Shown here piece by piece: positions 35,793-48,664 of a stretch of 64,000 nucleotides of DNA (within the stretch, counting starts at the first letter, position 1; the number at the start of each line of letters is the position of its first letter). The notes under the pieces are model-generated. The model saw only the letters and a program-made list of their open reading frames with translations, ran no database searches and was not told the origin of the DNA. The position numbers were made by a program, and so were the translations under genes. This stretch comes from Vitrella brassicaformis CCMP3155 (lineage: Eukaryota > Protista > Chromerida). Where the stretch lies: NCBI GenBank assembly GCA_001179505.1, contig CDMY01000938.1:62001-126000 (forward strand). The letters are read 5' to 3'.

Positions 35793-36972
35793 TCATTGGT
35801 ATAAAAAGCGTAAAACGACGACACGACCCAGGACACGACTCCCATTGCACGACTCCATCTGAATGTTACGTCTGGGCATGATGATGAATTGTCCGTACAC
35901 ACCTGCACACATATCACACCACGCACATCACATCCACCAACCTTCCATGGATGAGTCAATACACACATCAATCAGCCCTCATCCATCCATTCTATCACCA
36001 TCCGCACCGGTCTCCCATCCCCATCACTACCCCACCCTCCCCCCCAGCAGCAACAGCGGTGTGTGTCTCGGTATGTATGCGGATGCGCTTGGCCTCGTGC
36101 TCAAAAGTCGCTCGCGTGCCACGCCGTGTGGCCAATGTGGTGGTCGTGGTCGTGAGGCGCATCGATTGGCATGACGGGGCGGGCAGGGGGGCGTAGAAGG
36201 GCGACCTGTGTGTGTGTGCACATTGAAACGTGACACGTGTGTCGAAGCTGTATGTGGGTGCAGACCTGCGTACCTCATTTGCCCTCTCCTGGTGGACGGA
36301 CGGCTTCTGCTCAGGCGTGCTGCGCTGCTGAGAATGGTCGCCATTCTGCACACACACGCATCCACGACAATGGCACATCCCCGTGTGACGTGCCTCTGCA
36401 CGTCGCATGCTCACGTCCTGCCACGTCCGGCTATTGCTGTGTTGTTGCCCTTGCCGGCTCGCTAATGTCGCCATCCTGCTCGTTCTTGCGTCGCTTTCTG
36501 AACTCGTCGTCAGTGTGCATCATCGTTGGGTCTCCCCCGTGTGACTGATGGGAGGAAGCAGCCTCGGGGGACCCCCCCGCCGAGGGAGGGACAGTCTCAC
36601 CAGCGCCCGCACCGAAATCCCCCGAGGCCAGACTGAAACCACCGCAACACAACACAAGACACAACGCATGGATGGGATGGTGTCAGTCACTCCCTCTCAC
36701 GCCCAAGTGTCAGTCACCTACCTCGCGATGTAGGCCTTGTAATCCTCCCCTTTCCTCGCCTTCAGTCGAATCTGTTCGAGCTGATGGTGTGCCTCCAGGT
36801 AGTGCAGGAACGTGCGCGTGTCCTTGACCGAGCCGTCAGGATCGAGGCAAGTGTCAAGCAGCAGGAGAGAATCGTAGGACAGCTCCGACAGGTTAGGGGG
36901 GTGGACCTCCAGTTCCCTCACAGCGGTTTCAACTCGAGAAACAAGAGTGGCGCGAGATTGGCCGGCCCCCAT
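35793..36972 (-). CDS. Hypothetical protein with N-myristoylation motif (3' exons uncertain)
   Basis: First coding exon MGAGQSRATLVSRVETAVRELEVHPPNLSELSYDSLLLLDTCLD...KARKGEDYKAYIAR ends at a gtagg donor. The MGxxxS motif is present; downstream exons are only loosely assignable. Confidence 0.45.
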
Positions 36973-37513
36973 CCCTGTTGTGCGGCTGCTTTTCACGACC
37001 CCCCCAAAAGCACCCAGCTGGGGGGAGTGCTCCAGGCTACTTTTTTTCCGCCCGTTCGTTCGTCGGATCGGTTCTTCCGGGGTTGCCAATCGACCGACGG
37101 CAAAAAGTCTGCCAAACGCACACGGAAAACTTGAAGACGCCAGGAAAGCGCATGCAGCCCCCACCCCCTTCAAATCAGTCCCAGTGTGAAGGCCCCTCAC
37201 GCACAACGGCGAACAGAGCTCGGGTGAAAAACACACAGCATGGCGATACAAGCAGACTTACCTCGTCATTCTTCTCATGGATGTGTGCCAGATCAATAGC
37301 CAGAGAGCGTTGGAGGTGAGAGGACAGTCAGCCTCTTGAGTAGGCACAGCAGCGTCAGGTGAGAGGATGATCACCCAGGTCTTCCCTGTGACCGTTACGG
37401 TTACTGTTTTCTGTCAGCTATGAGTCTGCTGACAGCAGTAAAGTGCTTGGATGGCGTAGCTTTCGTACGGACGGTCAGTCGGTCACTGCCCAAGGTGCGA
37501 GACGGTGTGTTTC

Positions 37514-37918
37514 ATGGCCAATCGGCGTGCATATGAGACAGACGTTCCAAGAAACATTCACGGCCGAGAAGAGAACGACAGAGGACCCAGACGGGCATGT
37601 GGAAGAGAACACAGGCAAAACCATGACAAACGCGGCTCCCTATACGATATCGAGCAAGGTATCACCTGCACACAAACGCCACGCACACACATCCACACAT
37701 ACCTCCCACACAGCGACGCCCCTCTCTTTCTCTCTTCTCTGTGTGCAGAGTTCAGCGACGCCATCGATGCAAACGACAAGGACGCCGTCCAGCTGTGGGC
37801 GGCTCTCGCCAAGGCTGATGACCAGTCGGCTCTGGGCAAGCTCCTCAAGAGCGTGGCCCCCAACAAACTCGACATCGAGAAGGCCAAGGAGATCAAGAAG
37901 AAGCTGGACAAGAAGTGA
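37514..37918 (+). CDS. Small helical hypothetical protein (2+ exons, start uncertain)
   Basis: Phase-1 intron joins SLYDIEQ to EFSDAIDANDKDAVQLWAALAKADDQSALGKLLKSVAPNKLDIEKAKEIKKKLDKK*; codon usage is strongly coding-like. Confidence 0.4.
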   Translation: MANRRAYETDVPRNIHGREENDRGPRRACGREHRQNHDKRGSLYDIEQGITCTQTPRTHIHTYLPHSDAPLFLSSLCAEFSDAIDANDKDAVQLWAALAKADDQSALGKLLKSVAPNKLDIEKAKEIKKKLDKK

Positions 37919-38478
37919 TTCCACACACACACACACACACATATCTCCTCATCGGTCATTTTGCGTTCACTCCCTGACCTGCCATCGTTTTAGTCTGCAC
38001 CTCCCGGCCACACCACACCTGCTCTGCCTCTTCATGCTTGCTCGTGCTGCGCTGTGCTGTGCTGTGTTGTGCTGTGCTGTCTGCTCGTCCTCGTGCCTGT
38101 TTCATGCTGCGTGCGTTGTCTGCCTGGGTTCTGCCTGTTCATGCTCGTGCCTGCTTCATGCTGCGTGTTGGTCACCCGACACCACACACACACACACAGA
38201 CACACACACACCTGCATGACCTGTGATGTCCCGTGCCTTTTCTTTATTCAAGCCACTCACTCACCTTCATGCTGTTCCATGATGGGATGCTTCATGTATG
38301 TGGACACACCTCCCCATTCTCCTTCAACAGCGCTGTCACCTGTGGGGGTCGTGCATCGCGCTCAGCTCGCTCGGCGCCTTACTTGTCGATTCTGTTTGTC
38401 CACTGGCAGCGGTTTCAGGGAGCACCCTAGGCGGCCCTTGGGGGGCAAGAGAACCGACTCGGACGACGGCGCGCAAAG

Positions 38479-38918
38479 ATGGAGCCGCAGGCCGCTGGGA
38501 GTATGGACGCCGATACCAGCAAGAAGGAGACCGGCAGCAAGGCCGAGACCGGGACCAACGTTCCTCCGAACCCCATGGTCCAGCCGAGCATTCAGCAGGG
38601 CAACGCGCCCGGGTCAGGACTGATTGTCGAAAACCATGAGCTCAGAACCGGTCGGTGAGCGAGGGTGAAACGGTGACTCATGCGGAGAGGGGGGAAACAC
38701 GGAAACAGGTCTTTTCATCCACTCATTGTCTGTCACATCGATCAGCTGCCAGTGGGGGAGCCCCAGGCGAGAAGATCCTCCGTTACATCGACGACCCTGA
38801 GCGCCCATACGACTATGGCAAGGCGGACAGGGCCCGGAACTACTGGATGTGCCACGACTTCAATGTGTGCTGTGGGTGCGTCCCCCGAGTGCGGAGGGAC
38901 TCGCAATTTGTGATCTGA
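38479..38918 (+). CDS. Small two-exon protein with C-terminal cysteine cluster
   Basis: MEPQAAGSMDADTSKKETG...ENHELRT|AASGGAPGEKILRYIDDPERPYDYGKADRARNYWMCHDFNVCCGCVPRVRRDSQFVI*, joined by an in-frame phase-1 GT-AG intron. Confidence 0.55.
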
Positions 38919-39229
38919 ACGAAAGGGTCGGCTAGGCTTGCTTGGTTCCTTGAGATACTTACTGGGTTGATGTGGGTTGGTTGCTTGGGTGTGTGGCTCT
39001 GGGGAATTAAGGGGCGCTGGCTGGTTGGGGTGGGGGGTGGGGGATGAATGAATGGTCTCAGACTGACTGAATTAGTATCATTTTTCACTCACACATGGAC
39101 ATGGATGCACTCACTGTAATGTGCGCGTACGTCTGTACGGACACCACACGACCACATCACATCATGGATGGCATGGAGACATACACAGACTCAGGCAACA
39201 AGCAACCAGGGGATCTGATCCAAGTCAAA

Positions 39230-40620
39230 GTACGTCAGTCAGTCAGTCAGTGAGCGAGCGAGCGAGTGAGTCAGTGGTGAGTGGAGTGGAGGCTTGCAGG
39301 AGGAAGGAAGGCACATCCATCAACATCATCGAGAAGGGTACGTACACATTATTGAAGCACATAATGGAACACACACACACACACACACACAGAGTGCTGA
39401 CAAAAACCACCCGGACGGACGGACGGATGCAGCCATGCATGTTGCAGTATGTAGGAGTAGCTTACGAACATTCTCACACAGACACAAACAAGCACGAAAG
39501 AAACAAACATATCGACGTCCGCTTGTGAGGATGGAAAACCACACACGCATAGAAAGCCGCTGCACGTGAGCCCCCCGCCTGTCTGTCTGTCTCTCTCTCT
39601 CGGGTGGCATCTAAAGACTAGCCAGGCAGGCAGGCAGGCAGGCAGGCAAGCAGAGAAGCGCCGGCCAGCCGGATGGATGGATGGATGGATGGATGGGCCA
39701 GGCATGGGATGGATGACAAATAGCCGTGAGGAGGGAGGAAGAAAACATCTTGATTGATGGATAGATAGAAGCGCCGAGAAAACAAAGCGGCCACCGCACC
39801 GCCCCCGACGCGACGCGCGCAAGGGGGTGGGGGAGTGCGTCCATGTATGTTTCTGTCAAAATCTGCACAAGCAACTGATGAGCGAGGAGCGAGCCCCTCT
39901 GGTGTGGTGTGTGGCGCGTCAGACCCCTGGCAGAAGCGCAGAGAGAAAGGAGGTAAGGAGAGAGTGGTACGGGACGGTCCAGGCAGGCAGACGATGGACT
40001 TAAAGCGTGTGTGTGTGTATGTGTGTGTGTGTGTGTGTGTGCCCGGTGGGCATCCATGCCATGCAGGCAATCAGTTGACTGACTGACTGGCTCCCTGGCT
40101 GACCCCCTCCTACACACGCGGGCGTGGCGACCAGAACAAGACAGACAGATGGACTACCTGCTGAGCTGACTGAGCCCTCTCCCTCCCTCCCCCACCCTCC
40201 TCCTCCCTCCCCCCCGCTTCGTTCGTTGATGGGATAATAGGTGCTTTGTACACACACACACACACACATATAGCAGCCAGCCAGCCAGCCAGCCAGCCCC
40301 AGCAAGGGGAGAAAGAAACAAAGAAGGCTCACGTATTGGCACTCGGTCATGCATGCTAAGTGAGGGCTGGAAGGAAGGTGGGCTGTGTGCGCGTGTGTGT
40401 GAGTGAGTAACACAGACAGACAGACAGACAGACAGAGGGGGAGAGGGAAAGGGAGAGGGAGAGGGAGAGACCAGACCTGCACACGTGTAGTCGAAGCGCA
40501 GGCCAGAGATAGGGGAGGGGAGAGAAGGGGAGAGATGGGGAGGGACAGGAAGGAGGGCCAACCCATGGCAGCCCGTCACGCTGCACACATCACATCAGCC
40601 AGAGAGAGATACGGGAGGGA
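39230..40620. repeat. Microsatellite-dense convergent intergenic region: (AGTC)n, (AC)n, (GGAC)n, (AGGC)n, (GGAT)n, (GT)n, (AGCC)n, (ACAG)n, (GGGAGA)n
   Basis: Directly visible. The ORFs here translate as simple-repeat peptides. Confidence 0.9.
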
Positions 40621-40629
40621 CACGGTCAT

Positions 40630-43600
40630 TCATTGCCTGTCCGCTGCTGTGCTTTGCTGTGCTGTGCGTCCCCCCTGTGTGTGTGAGGTGGATGGATGGA
40701 TGGATGGGCACCTTTGTTGCACTTCTTGAGGGCTTGGTTGGCGAAGTACTGCACATCGATGTCCGTGTCGCTCGTCAGCTCCTCCAACGCACTGAACTCA
40801 CACAGGGAGGCAGGAAGGCACGACGCCATGAGCATGGTTGCTCTCCCCCTCCCTGTGGGTGTGTGTGTTTAGTGCTATCTTACGGCCTGATGTCGTTGTT
40901 GACGATGGCCGGTGTGAGGAGGTCCTGCTCCACCAAATAGGCACAGGTCTTGGCCGCCGCAAACCGAATATTCGGCACGATGTCCTGCAGTGCACACCAC
41001 ACCACACGAACACAGCACTTCGGGGTGGAGTCACGTGTGTCGTGTCGCCATTGCTCACCTTGAGCGCCTTCTTGAGGAGGGGTACGATGGACTGGTTGAT
41101 CTGCTCGGGCGTCATGACGGCCGACAATTGCTGCACACAGACACACGCGCCACACAAAAAGGTCCAAATGTGTCTGCCTGGCTGTGGCTGTGGGGCTTGT
41201 GAGCTGGCCTGCCTGAGTACCCACCGGTATTGCGTGCAGAGTGGCCATTCTGTAGGTGTACCCTGTGGCCTTGTTGTACTGGTCCAGAATCTTGGGCAGC
41301 AGGTGCTCCACAGTCCACTGCGGCTCAAACGTCTCGGCTATCAGCTGAAACACACACACACACACACACACAGATGGAGAGACATGCAGACACTGTTTGT
41401 ATGTGTGTGTGTGTGTCTGTGTCTGTGTGGCGCACCCTGATGTTGTTTATGGTAGCTTCCCTGACGGCGAATACGCTGTCGTTGAGCGACTGGATGAACA
41501 GCGCCTCCAACTTGGACTGAAACATGTCGGCACCCTGCACAGACAGACAGACACACACCAGACACACACACATACGGCTTCCTGCCTCCCTCCTGCCGTC
41601 CGTCTGTGTGTTGGTTGCCCTGGCTGTTGCTCACGAATTGTTTGGCCAGGGTAGGGATCTGGTTGACGACCGACAGCCGAATCCGCCACTGCACGGCACA
41701 CAGCCGCCGGTGGATGGATGGATGGAGAGCTCTGTGTGTGTGTGTGTGTGTGATGAGATGTACCTGTGAGTCGTTCATGAGGTCCTTGATGGTGTTGAGG
41801 AGCGAGTGCGCCAGCGTGTCCACACCCAACACCTCGCAAATCTGGCCCGCGTGCTTCACAACACTATCGATCGCAACACACACACACACACACACAGACC
41901 AGACACACAATCCAATCGCCGGACATACCACCTGTGGTGTGCGCATCCTCGAGCTCACTTGAGCCTGACGTCGTGGAACTCGTCTCTCATCAGCTCGAGG
42001 ATGAGGCTCAGCAGGTGCTTCTGCGTCGGCTCGCGACCCAACGCCTGAGCCACCGGACCGATCACCGTCGCCAACGCAGCTACACACACACACACACACG
42101 GGGGAGAAACATCCACCCCATTTGTTTGTGTGTGTGGTTTTGTGCGTCTAGACTAGAGTAGACCTTACCCCTGACGGACTGCGCTGCGTCCATGCCTAGG
42201 TTGGCGAAGCAGGGCACGATGAAGTTCTGGATGTGGTCAGGCGAGATGTACTCGGCACACTTCTCTGATATTTATATGGTTGAATGAACGGACACCAGCA
42301 CCACACCACATGAAGGGTGTGTGAGAAAGCGGCCAGATGGCTGGCGTCTGTGCCTACTCACCGATAATGAGGACGGCGGCGGTGCGGACTTCCTGCTCGA
42401 AGTCTCTCAGCAGCAGGATGAAGGGCGGCAGCAGAAACGAAGACGTGATGTCAGGACCAAACGCAGCGCACAACTAACACAAACCCATACACACAACCAC
42501 ACAACCACATGCACCCACCACGGTGCGGGCAGCCCACCCCCACTTCTGTCTGTCTGTCTGTCTGTGTGTCTGTGTGTCTGTGGCCGTTCATAGCGTCCCT
42601 CCTACTGACTTGATCGAATTGTTTGGCCAGCGATAGCCTGACTCGCCAGGAGCGGTCCTCCGCGGCCGCCTTGACCACAATGAGGGTGTGCGTCTTGTTC
42701 TCGTCACCGTTCAGCACCTTGGCCAGCTCCAGCGCAGCGTTCAGACACGACACACGGATGCTGTCTTGCTGCAGGCACACACACAGAGAGAGAGGGAGAG
42801 AGGGAGAGGGTCGAGAGTTGGTAGCTTGGGTGGTTGATGCGGCGGACCGTGTCGTCTTGCGCCAGTGTCTTGAAGGTGTTGATGAGGTCCTTCAGGATCA
42901 AAGGCTTCTCAGTGACTTGGAAAAAATCCTGTGTGACGGACGGACGGGCAGACAGACGGACGCGACGCACTCGACATGGCTCATGGGGTTGGGGTGGTGT
43001 GGTGTGCTGGTGTGGGTGCATTCTGTCTAACCTTCATTTTGCTGGCCGCTGCCCTCCTGACCATCGGTGTGTCGTCAGCACATAGCTTGTTGAAAATCCT
43101 AACACACACATGACATGGGCACACAACCACACACACACACACGGAATACACCGCTGGTCTGTTTGTTCGTGCCTGCCTGTCTGTCTGTCTGTCTGTCTGG
43201 TGTGTGGTCAGGTCACTTTCTGAGTTCTTCCTTCTGGTGCGGTTCGCAGAACTTGTATGTGGTGGCCAGGAGGCCGCAGGCAGACACGCGAGAGGTGAAC
43301 CGCTCACCTACACACACAACACACACACGGCAGATGAGATAGATGGACCACCCACACACACAGACACACACACACAGACACACAGCATGATTTGATTGCA
43401 TGTCTTTGCAGGCCCCACGAGCTGAGCTCACCGACACCGACTTTACTTACCTTCGCTGAGTGACTGGACGAGTCCGAAGACGACCTTCTGCGTGAGCTGC
43501 ACCCTGGTCTTGTCACTGGCCTTCATCACTATGGCACATATCGACTCAACAGCCTGACAACACACACACGCACACACACACACCGATGCACCAATGTGTC

Positions 43601-44496
43601 CATGACGGTCTCGCCATCCGCGTGTGTGTGTGGGGGGGGGGGGGGGGCTCNNNNNNNNNNNNNNNNNNNNNNNNNNNNNNNNNNNNNNNNNNNNNNNNNN
43701 NNNNNNNNNNNNNNNNNNNNNNNNNNNNNNNNNNNNNNNNNNNNNNNNNNNNNNNNNNNNNNNNNNNNNNNNNNNNNNNNNNNNNNNNNNNNNNNNNNNN
43801 NNNNNNNNNNNNNNNNNNNNNNNNNNNNNNNNNNNNNNNNNNNNNNNNNNNNNNNNNNNNNNNNNNNNNNNNNNNNNNNNNNNNNNNNNNNNNNNNNNNN
43901 NNNNNNNNNNNNNNNNNNNNNNNNNNNNNNNNNNNNNNNNNNNNNNNNNNGGGGGGGGGGGGGGGGCTCTCCCTCCCTCCCTCCCTCCCTCCCTCCCTGG
44001 CTTAGCTTACTTTGTCCCGGACGACTGTCTCCTCCTGTGTGGCTAGGTGTGCGAGGGGGTGGAGGAGGGCCTCGAAGTTGCTCTCGTCGCCCACGTAGTC
44101 GGCCAGTGTGTAGTACTCCTCCGCCAGCGCATGCATAAACTCGTCGTCTACCTCACCCGGCAAACCCTTCTGGCTCTCTGTTTGTTGACACACACACACA
44201 CACACATGCACCCCTGTGTGGCTGCGCTGCGCTGCGTGTGGATGTGGGAGGGGTGTAGGGTATTTAGGGTGTGTTGGCTATGTTAGCTAGCTACCTACCG
44301 TGTAGGAAGGGGATGATGTCGTTGACGGTCTTGTGCGGCCCGATGGTGCCGGCGATCCACTTGACCTTGTGCACATCCTCCACACGCCGCGGCAGATCGT
44401 CCCCCTTGATCTCACTCTTGAAAAAGTCTATCGCCTCCTGGATGGCTGGTGGTCAACAGCACACACACACACACACACTCGCTGAGGGCCCCTTTC

Positions 44497-44527
<31 letters not shown>

Positions 44528-44552
44528 GGTCATGGTTACTGTCGACAGCCAT
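40630..44552 (-). CDS. PPP2R1: Protein phosphatase 2A scaffold (A/PR65) subunit, HEAT repeats
   Basis: DDEFMHALAEEY..LLHPLAHLATQEETVVRDK|AVESI, WFTSRVSACGLL, DDTPMVRRAAASKM, QDSIRVSCL, AEDRSWRVR, WRIRLSV, LNDSVFAVREA, YTYRMATLHAI, VPNIRFAAAK, DTDIDVQYFANQAL. Confidence 0.93.
43651..43950. other. Assembly gap (300 N) inside a PP2A-A intron
   Basis: Run of N. The flanking exons EETVVRDK and AVESICAIV are contiguous relative to the PP2A-A consensus, so no coding sequence appears to be lost. Confidence 1.
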
Positions 44553-44978
44553 GCTGCTGCAATAGTTGCTGCTGTAGGCAACTCCACCCTTGAGTATGTG
44601 TGTGTCGGTGTGTCGTGTCTGTCTATGCAGTGGTCGCCCCCTCCCAGAGGACCCTAATCAACCGATATCGTCTCACAGCAGGCCGACAGTGCCGATGAAC
44701 CAACCCCTCAACCATCCCCAGAGCCGCTCGAGCCCCTCTGCGCTGTGCACTCCCTCTCTCACAGCACACACACCCTCCACAGGCTCTCCACTCGCCTCGG
44801 CCCTTCGCTCACACGCAGATGGTGCTGCTGGTGGGAGAGTTCGGCTGAGGGACAGAAGGCTATGGCTATGGCTGTGGCTCTGTGGTGCGTTGAGATGATT
44901 TCGCCATCAAAACTGGGGAGAGAGTTTCTCACAGCTCGCACCTGAAACTTTGCTGATCTCGCATCGCTTCATATTTCG

Positions 44979-45557
44979 ATGAGTGGGAGTGCGCCGACAG
45001 AAGCGCAGCAGATTCAGCAGCTACAGGCAGTGCAGGCGGTAGGCGCCAAACGTTGATTGAACAAAGACAGACAGCTGATCTTCACGTCCATGTCTGTCGG
45101 AAGCATGTGTCTGTCGTGTGGTGTGGGTGCGTGTGTGCAGATTGTCGAGAGCCAGAAGACGATAGCGAAGCTGACCGGCCACTGCTTCGAAAGATGCGTC
45201 GGCACACCAGGTCAGTCACAGCCATGAGTGCCTTGGTTATCGTACTGTGGTGTTCCGTTGCGTTGTCCCCTCTCATCCTTGACCTGTGTGCAGGCCGGCT
45301 CCTATCTTCAGGACAGCAGACGTGCATATGGAACTGCGCACAGAGGTGCGAGTGGATGATGGCTTGTCTGCCTGCCTGCCTGTCTGCCTGTCTGTCTGTC
45401 TGTCCTCATGTGCTCTGTTCATACGCGTGTGTGTGTGTGTGTCAGGTACATCGAGACGAATCACTTCATCAAGCTGCGGACGGCCGAGATGATCAAGGCC
45501 ACGCAGGAGGGGGGCGGGGGAGTGCGAGGGGGGGCAGACGCGCTGTCCGGCACTTGA
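44979..45557 (+). CDS. TIM8: Mitochondrial intermembrane-space small Tim chaperone (Tim8/DDP-like)
   Basis: MSGSAPTEAQQIQQLQAVQA|IVESQKTIAKLTGHCFERCVGTP|GRLLSSGQQTCIWNCAQR|YIETNHFIKLR...; twin CX3C motifs are present. Confidence 0.85.
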
Positions 45558-46098
45558 GGAGATGACATACATGTCTGTCTGTATGTCTGTCTGTCTGTCT
45601 GTATGTCCCTCCCTGTTCTACCTATGAGTACTTGTCGGCCTGGTAGGTAGAGTGTGCATGCGCCGTGTGTTGTACAGCGAGCAAGTGAGCCTTCCTTCCC
45701 GTGCTGTCCAACCTGACTGACTGAGCCTGCCTGTTTCTGTCTGTCGCATTCATTGTGCGCGCCCTGCGTGTGGACTGGCTACCTGAGACGATGCATGTCG
45801 GCCAATCCGCTTGTTAGACTGGATAACGGACTTACTTGCAGCATCACGTTCGTACAAACGTGCCAGAGTGGCGTCAGACATCCATAAGAAGTGTGCCAGT
45901 TATGAAAGCTCAAAGCAATGATGAGTGAGTGTACAGGGGTCAGTCAAAAGGGCAGCTCGTGTTATGGATGCCATGAGGACAGAAACACCGCCGCACTGCA
46001 CTCATTTGAGTTGACGGCCATGCACTGCACGGCCCTAGCGCTCGGATCGTCTCAGTCACACACTCGCCCGAACCGCCCAGCGCACCAAACAACATCCT

Positions 46099-48506
46099 TC
46101 ACTCACTCACGCCCCTCCCATCGATTCTCGCCCGAACCATGTCCTCAAGCAACGCACCGCCACCATCTTCAGCAGCAGCGGCGGGCCTCTCGAGTGCCGC
46201 CATGAGCTCGTCGGGCGCCTCGATGACGCCCTGGAAGCTGCCCGACAGCAGTTGTCTGACGGCCGATTTGTTGACGGCATTGGTGTGGCATGCGTTCCGG
46301 ATGGCGAATATGGACGACTCCTTCATGAGGGGGTCCTTCTCGTCAGACAGGGTGTGGTTCAGCAGCACACGAAGACCTGTGGGACAACGCACCGAGGAGA
46401 CAGAGTGGGTGTCTCTCTCCCTCTGTGTGTGTGTGTGGAAGCGTGTGGCTGACCGACCGTCGATCTCTCTGCATGTGTCCTGCATCCGGTGGTCGTCGTG
46501 CAGAAGGTTGGCCACCACACGAATGAGGTCGCGGCAGGACACCTCCTCACTGACCTCGTCCCACACCCTCTCTACCACATCTCTATCGTCACCCTCAGCC
46601 CCACCCCCCTCCCTCTCCCTCTCCCTCTTGCGCCTGTCCTTCCGCGACACCATCGCCCGCAGCCGCAACGAGTGGTGGCAGTCGAGAAATGAGACGATCG
46701 ACCGAATGAGGCCATCGGCAACTGAGTGCCGGTGGTGGTGGTGGTCGCCGTCGTCAGCTGATGCCAGCCACGCGTGTGAGGATGTGAGGAGGATGGCTGT
46801 GCGGGCAAGGGGGCGCAGGCAGCCGGAGAGGCTGCAGGCATCCTCCTCAGCTGCCGGTGCTGCTGGAGGGCTGGTGTCGGTGTCGGGAGGGAAGGGGAGG
46901 AAAGGGCGGCGATGGGCTGGCCGGCAGACGTCTGTGAGGGCTCTGGCGATGAGGCTGAACAGAAACGCCATAAGCGATCCGTCGGCCACCATGGTCTGAC
47001 AATGCATCCAACACACACACATACATTCACTTGCGGCATCTCTCCCTGCCCCATGAGCACAGGTACCTACCTGCAGCAGGGTCGTCCCGCCACCGCCGTC
47101 GTCATTTCTCTCCCGCCATTCCTCCTCGACGAAAGCTTCGAGCATCGCCAGCAGGTATGCCGCCATGTCCCTCTGTGAGGCGATGAGGTGCTTGAGCCGC
47201 TCCATGATCCACCGGGCACGCACAGGGTGGCTGCGGAAGCGATCCATCGACGAGCTCGTGCCGCCGCTGCTGTTGGGAGTGTGGGGCTGGGGAGAGAGTG
47301 GCGGTGGGTCCAGCTGCCGCAGGACGATCAGCTGCAACTCGTCGTCGTCTAATCTGCAAGCCAAAAGTGACAGAGTCCATCCATCCATCATGCCAGCAAG
47401 GGCGTGCTTTGTGTCTGCCAGCATCACAGCCTACCTACCTCATGACGCATCGAAACAAGCTCTCAAAAGCCCCAGGCTGCCGCCACCACGCGTGGCTGAA
47501 TATCGACACCCACTCATCGCTGCCCCCCTGCCCCTGCCCCTCCTCGGCAGCCGCATGGTGCACGGCGGCCGAGTACATCAGGTAGAGCACCTGGGTGCCC
47601 TCCTCCGCCGCCAGAGCCGCCCGCCGCTCGGCACTCTGGCAGCTGATGTTGTGGAGCAGCATGAACATGTGAGACGGACTGCCGGCGATGAGGGCGAGCT
47701 TGACCGATCGCCATGGGTACACCAGCTTCCACAGATGGCTCTGAAGCATTTTTGATTGGTCAGGGTGTGTGTGTGTGTGTCAGTGTGTGCCTGTGTGCCT
47801 GCCTCCCTCCCTCCCTGCCGCCGTTTCTCTCTCACCTGATTGATGTCATTTGCAGTGACCAAGTTGATGAAGAAGGTGATCAGAGAGCGCTGCACCTTTG
47901 GCATCAGACTGTCGTCCGACCTCCCCGCTTGGACATGTTGCCAGAATGCGAGTACGGCCACCAGCGTGTCGAGGCTGTCCACCAGCATCTCAGCCAAACC
48001 CGCCTCACGCAGGCACCTCTGCCGACAAGACACACCGACCGACACAAAGGGAACACACACACACACATTCATTTCTTGCCTTCCTGAACGCTCATGCCCT
48101 TACCTGTGACTCAGGGCGTCCCGCACAAAGGCTCCTTCCCACCCGCAGCACTCCGTCGATGACGCCCACGTGAGTGACCAGTGACTGCCGGACCTCCGTC
48201 AACAGCTCATCTGACGGCGGCTGCTGCTGCTCAAGCCGCGATTCGTCGGCAACATGCGCCGCCTCCCGAATGTGCGTGTGAAAGAGCCTGCAGAGGGCGC
48301 CTGCATCCTCAGCGGACAGATCTCTGACGTCATCGGCGCGCGCTGGCGATAGTCTCTGCACATGGACACACACATCAACACAAGGAAGGGACAGAGGTGT
48401 TACTCCGCCGCGCCGTTCTCACTTTTATGAAGCCATTGAGGCGGATGAGGGTCTGGGAGCCTCCAGCATCCTCGAGGGAATCGAACAAGACGGCAAGATC
48501 TGCCAT
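46099..48506 (-). CDS. ATXN10: Ataxin-10 / Ctr86 homolog (ARM repeats); last exon uncertain
   Basis: C-terminal DLIRVVANLLHDDHRMQDTCREIDG|LRVLLNHTLSDEKDPLMKESSIFAIRNACHTNAVN matches the recalled ataxin-10 domain. Start is MADLAVLFDSLEDAGG. Confidence 0.8.
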
Positions 48507-48664
48507 CTTCCCTCGCCCGCAGCAGCGGTTTCATGCAGCTCCCTAGCCGGACGGCTCAGCTCGCCATTCAGTCGTCCCTTTCCAGGAGATTCGTTAAACC
48601 ACCAGGTGTGATCGGAGGTCCGCATCTGCGCATCTGATCTGTTTGACCACCGTCTTTCTTTAAG
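48507..48664. promoter_or_regulatory. Probable compact bidirectional promoter (ATXN10 / dapB), possibly containing a dapB 5'UTR intron
   Basis: 158 bp between divergent ATGs. A cag|gtgtga donor and tttctttaag|ATG acceptor-like sequence lie within it. Confidence 0.5.

Noticed and set aside
38020-38175. Short imperfect direct repeats (cctg.ttcatgctgcgtg) resembling a spacer array
   Set aside because: Irregular, few copies, eukaryotic UTR-like context, and no cas genes; not CRISPR.
39121-40588. Many 100-190 aa ORFs on both strands
   Set aside because: They are translations of microsatellites (HTHT, VCVC, MDGW, PACL).
43586-44138. ORFs spanning the N gap
   Set aside because: Artefacts of translating N.
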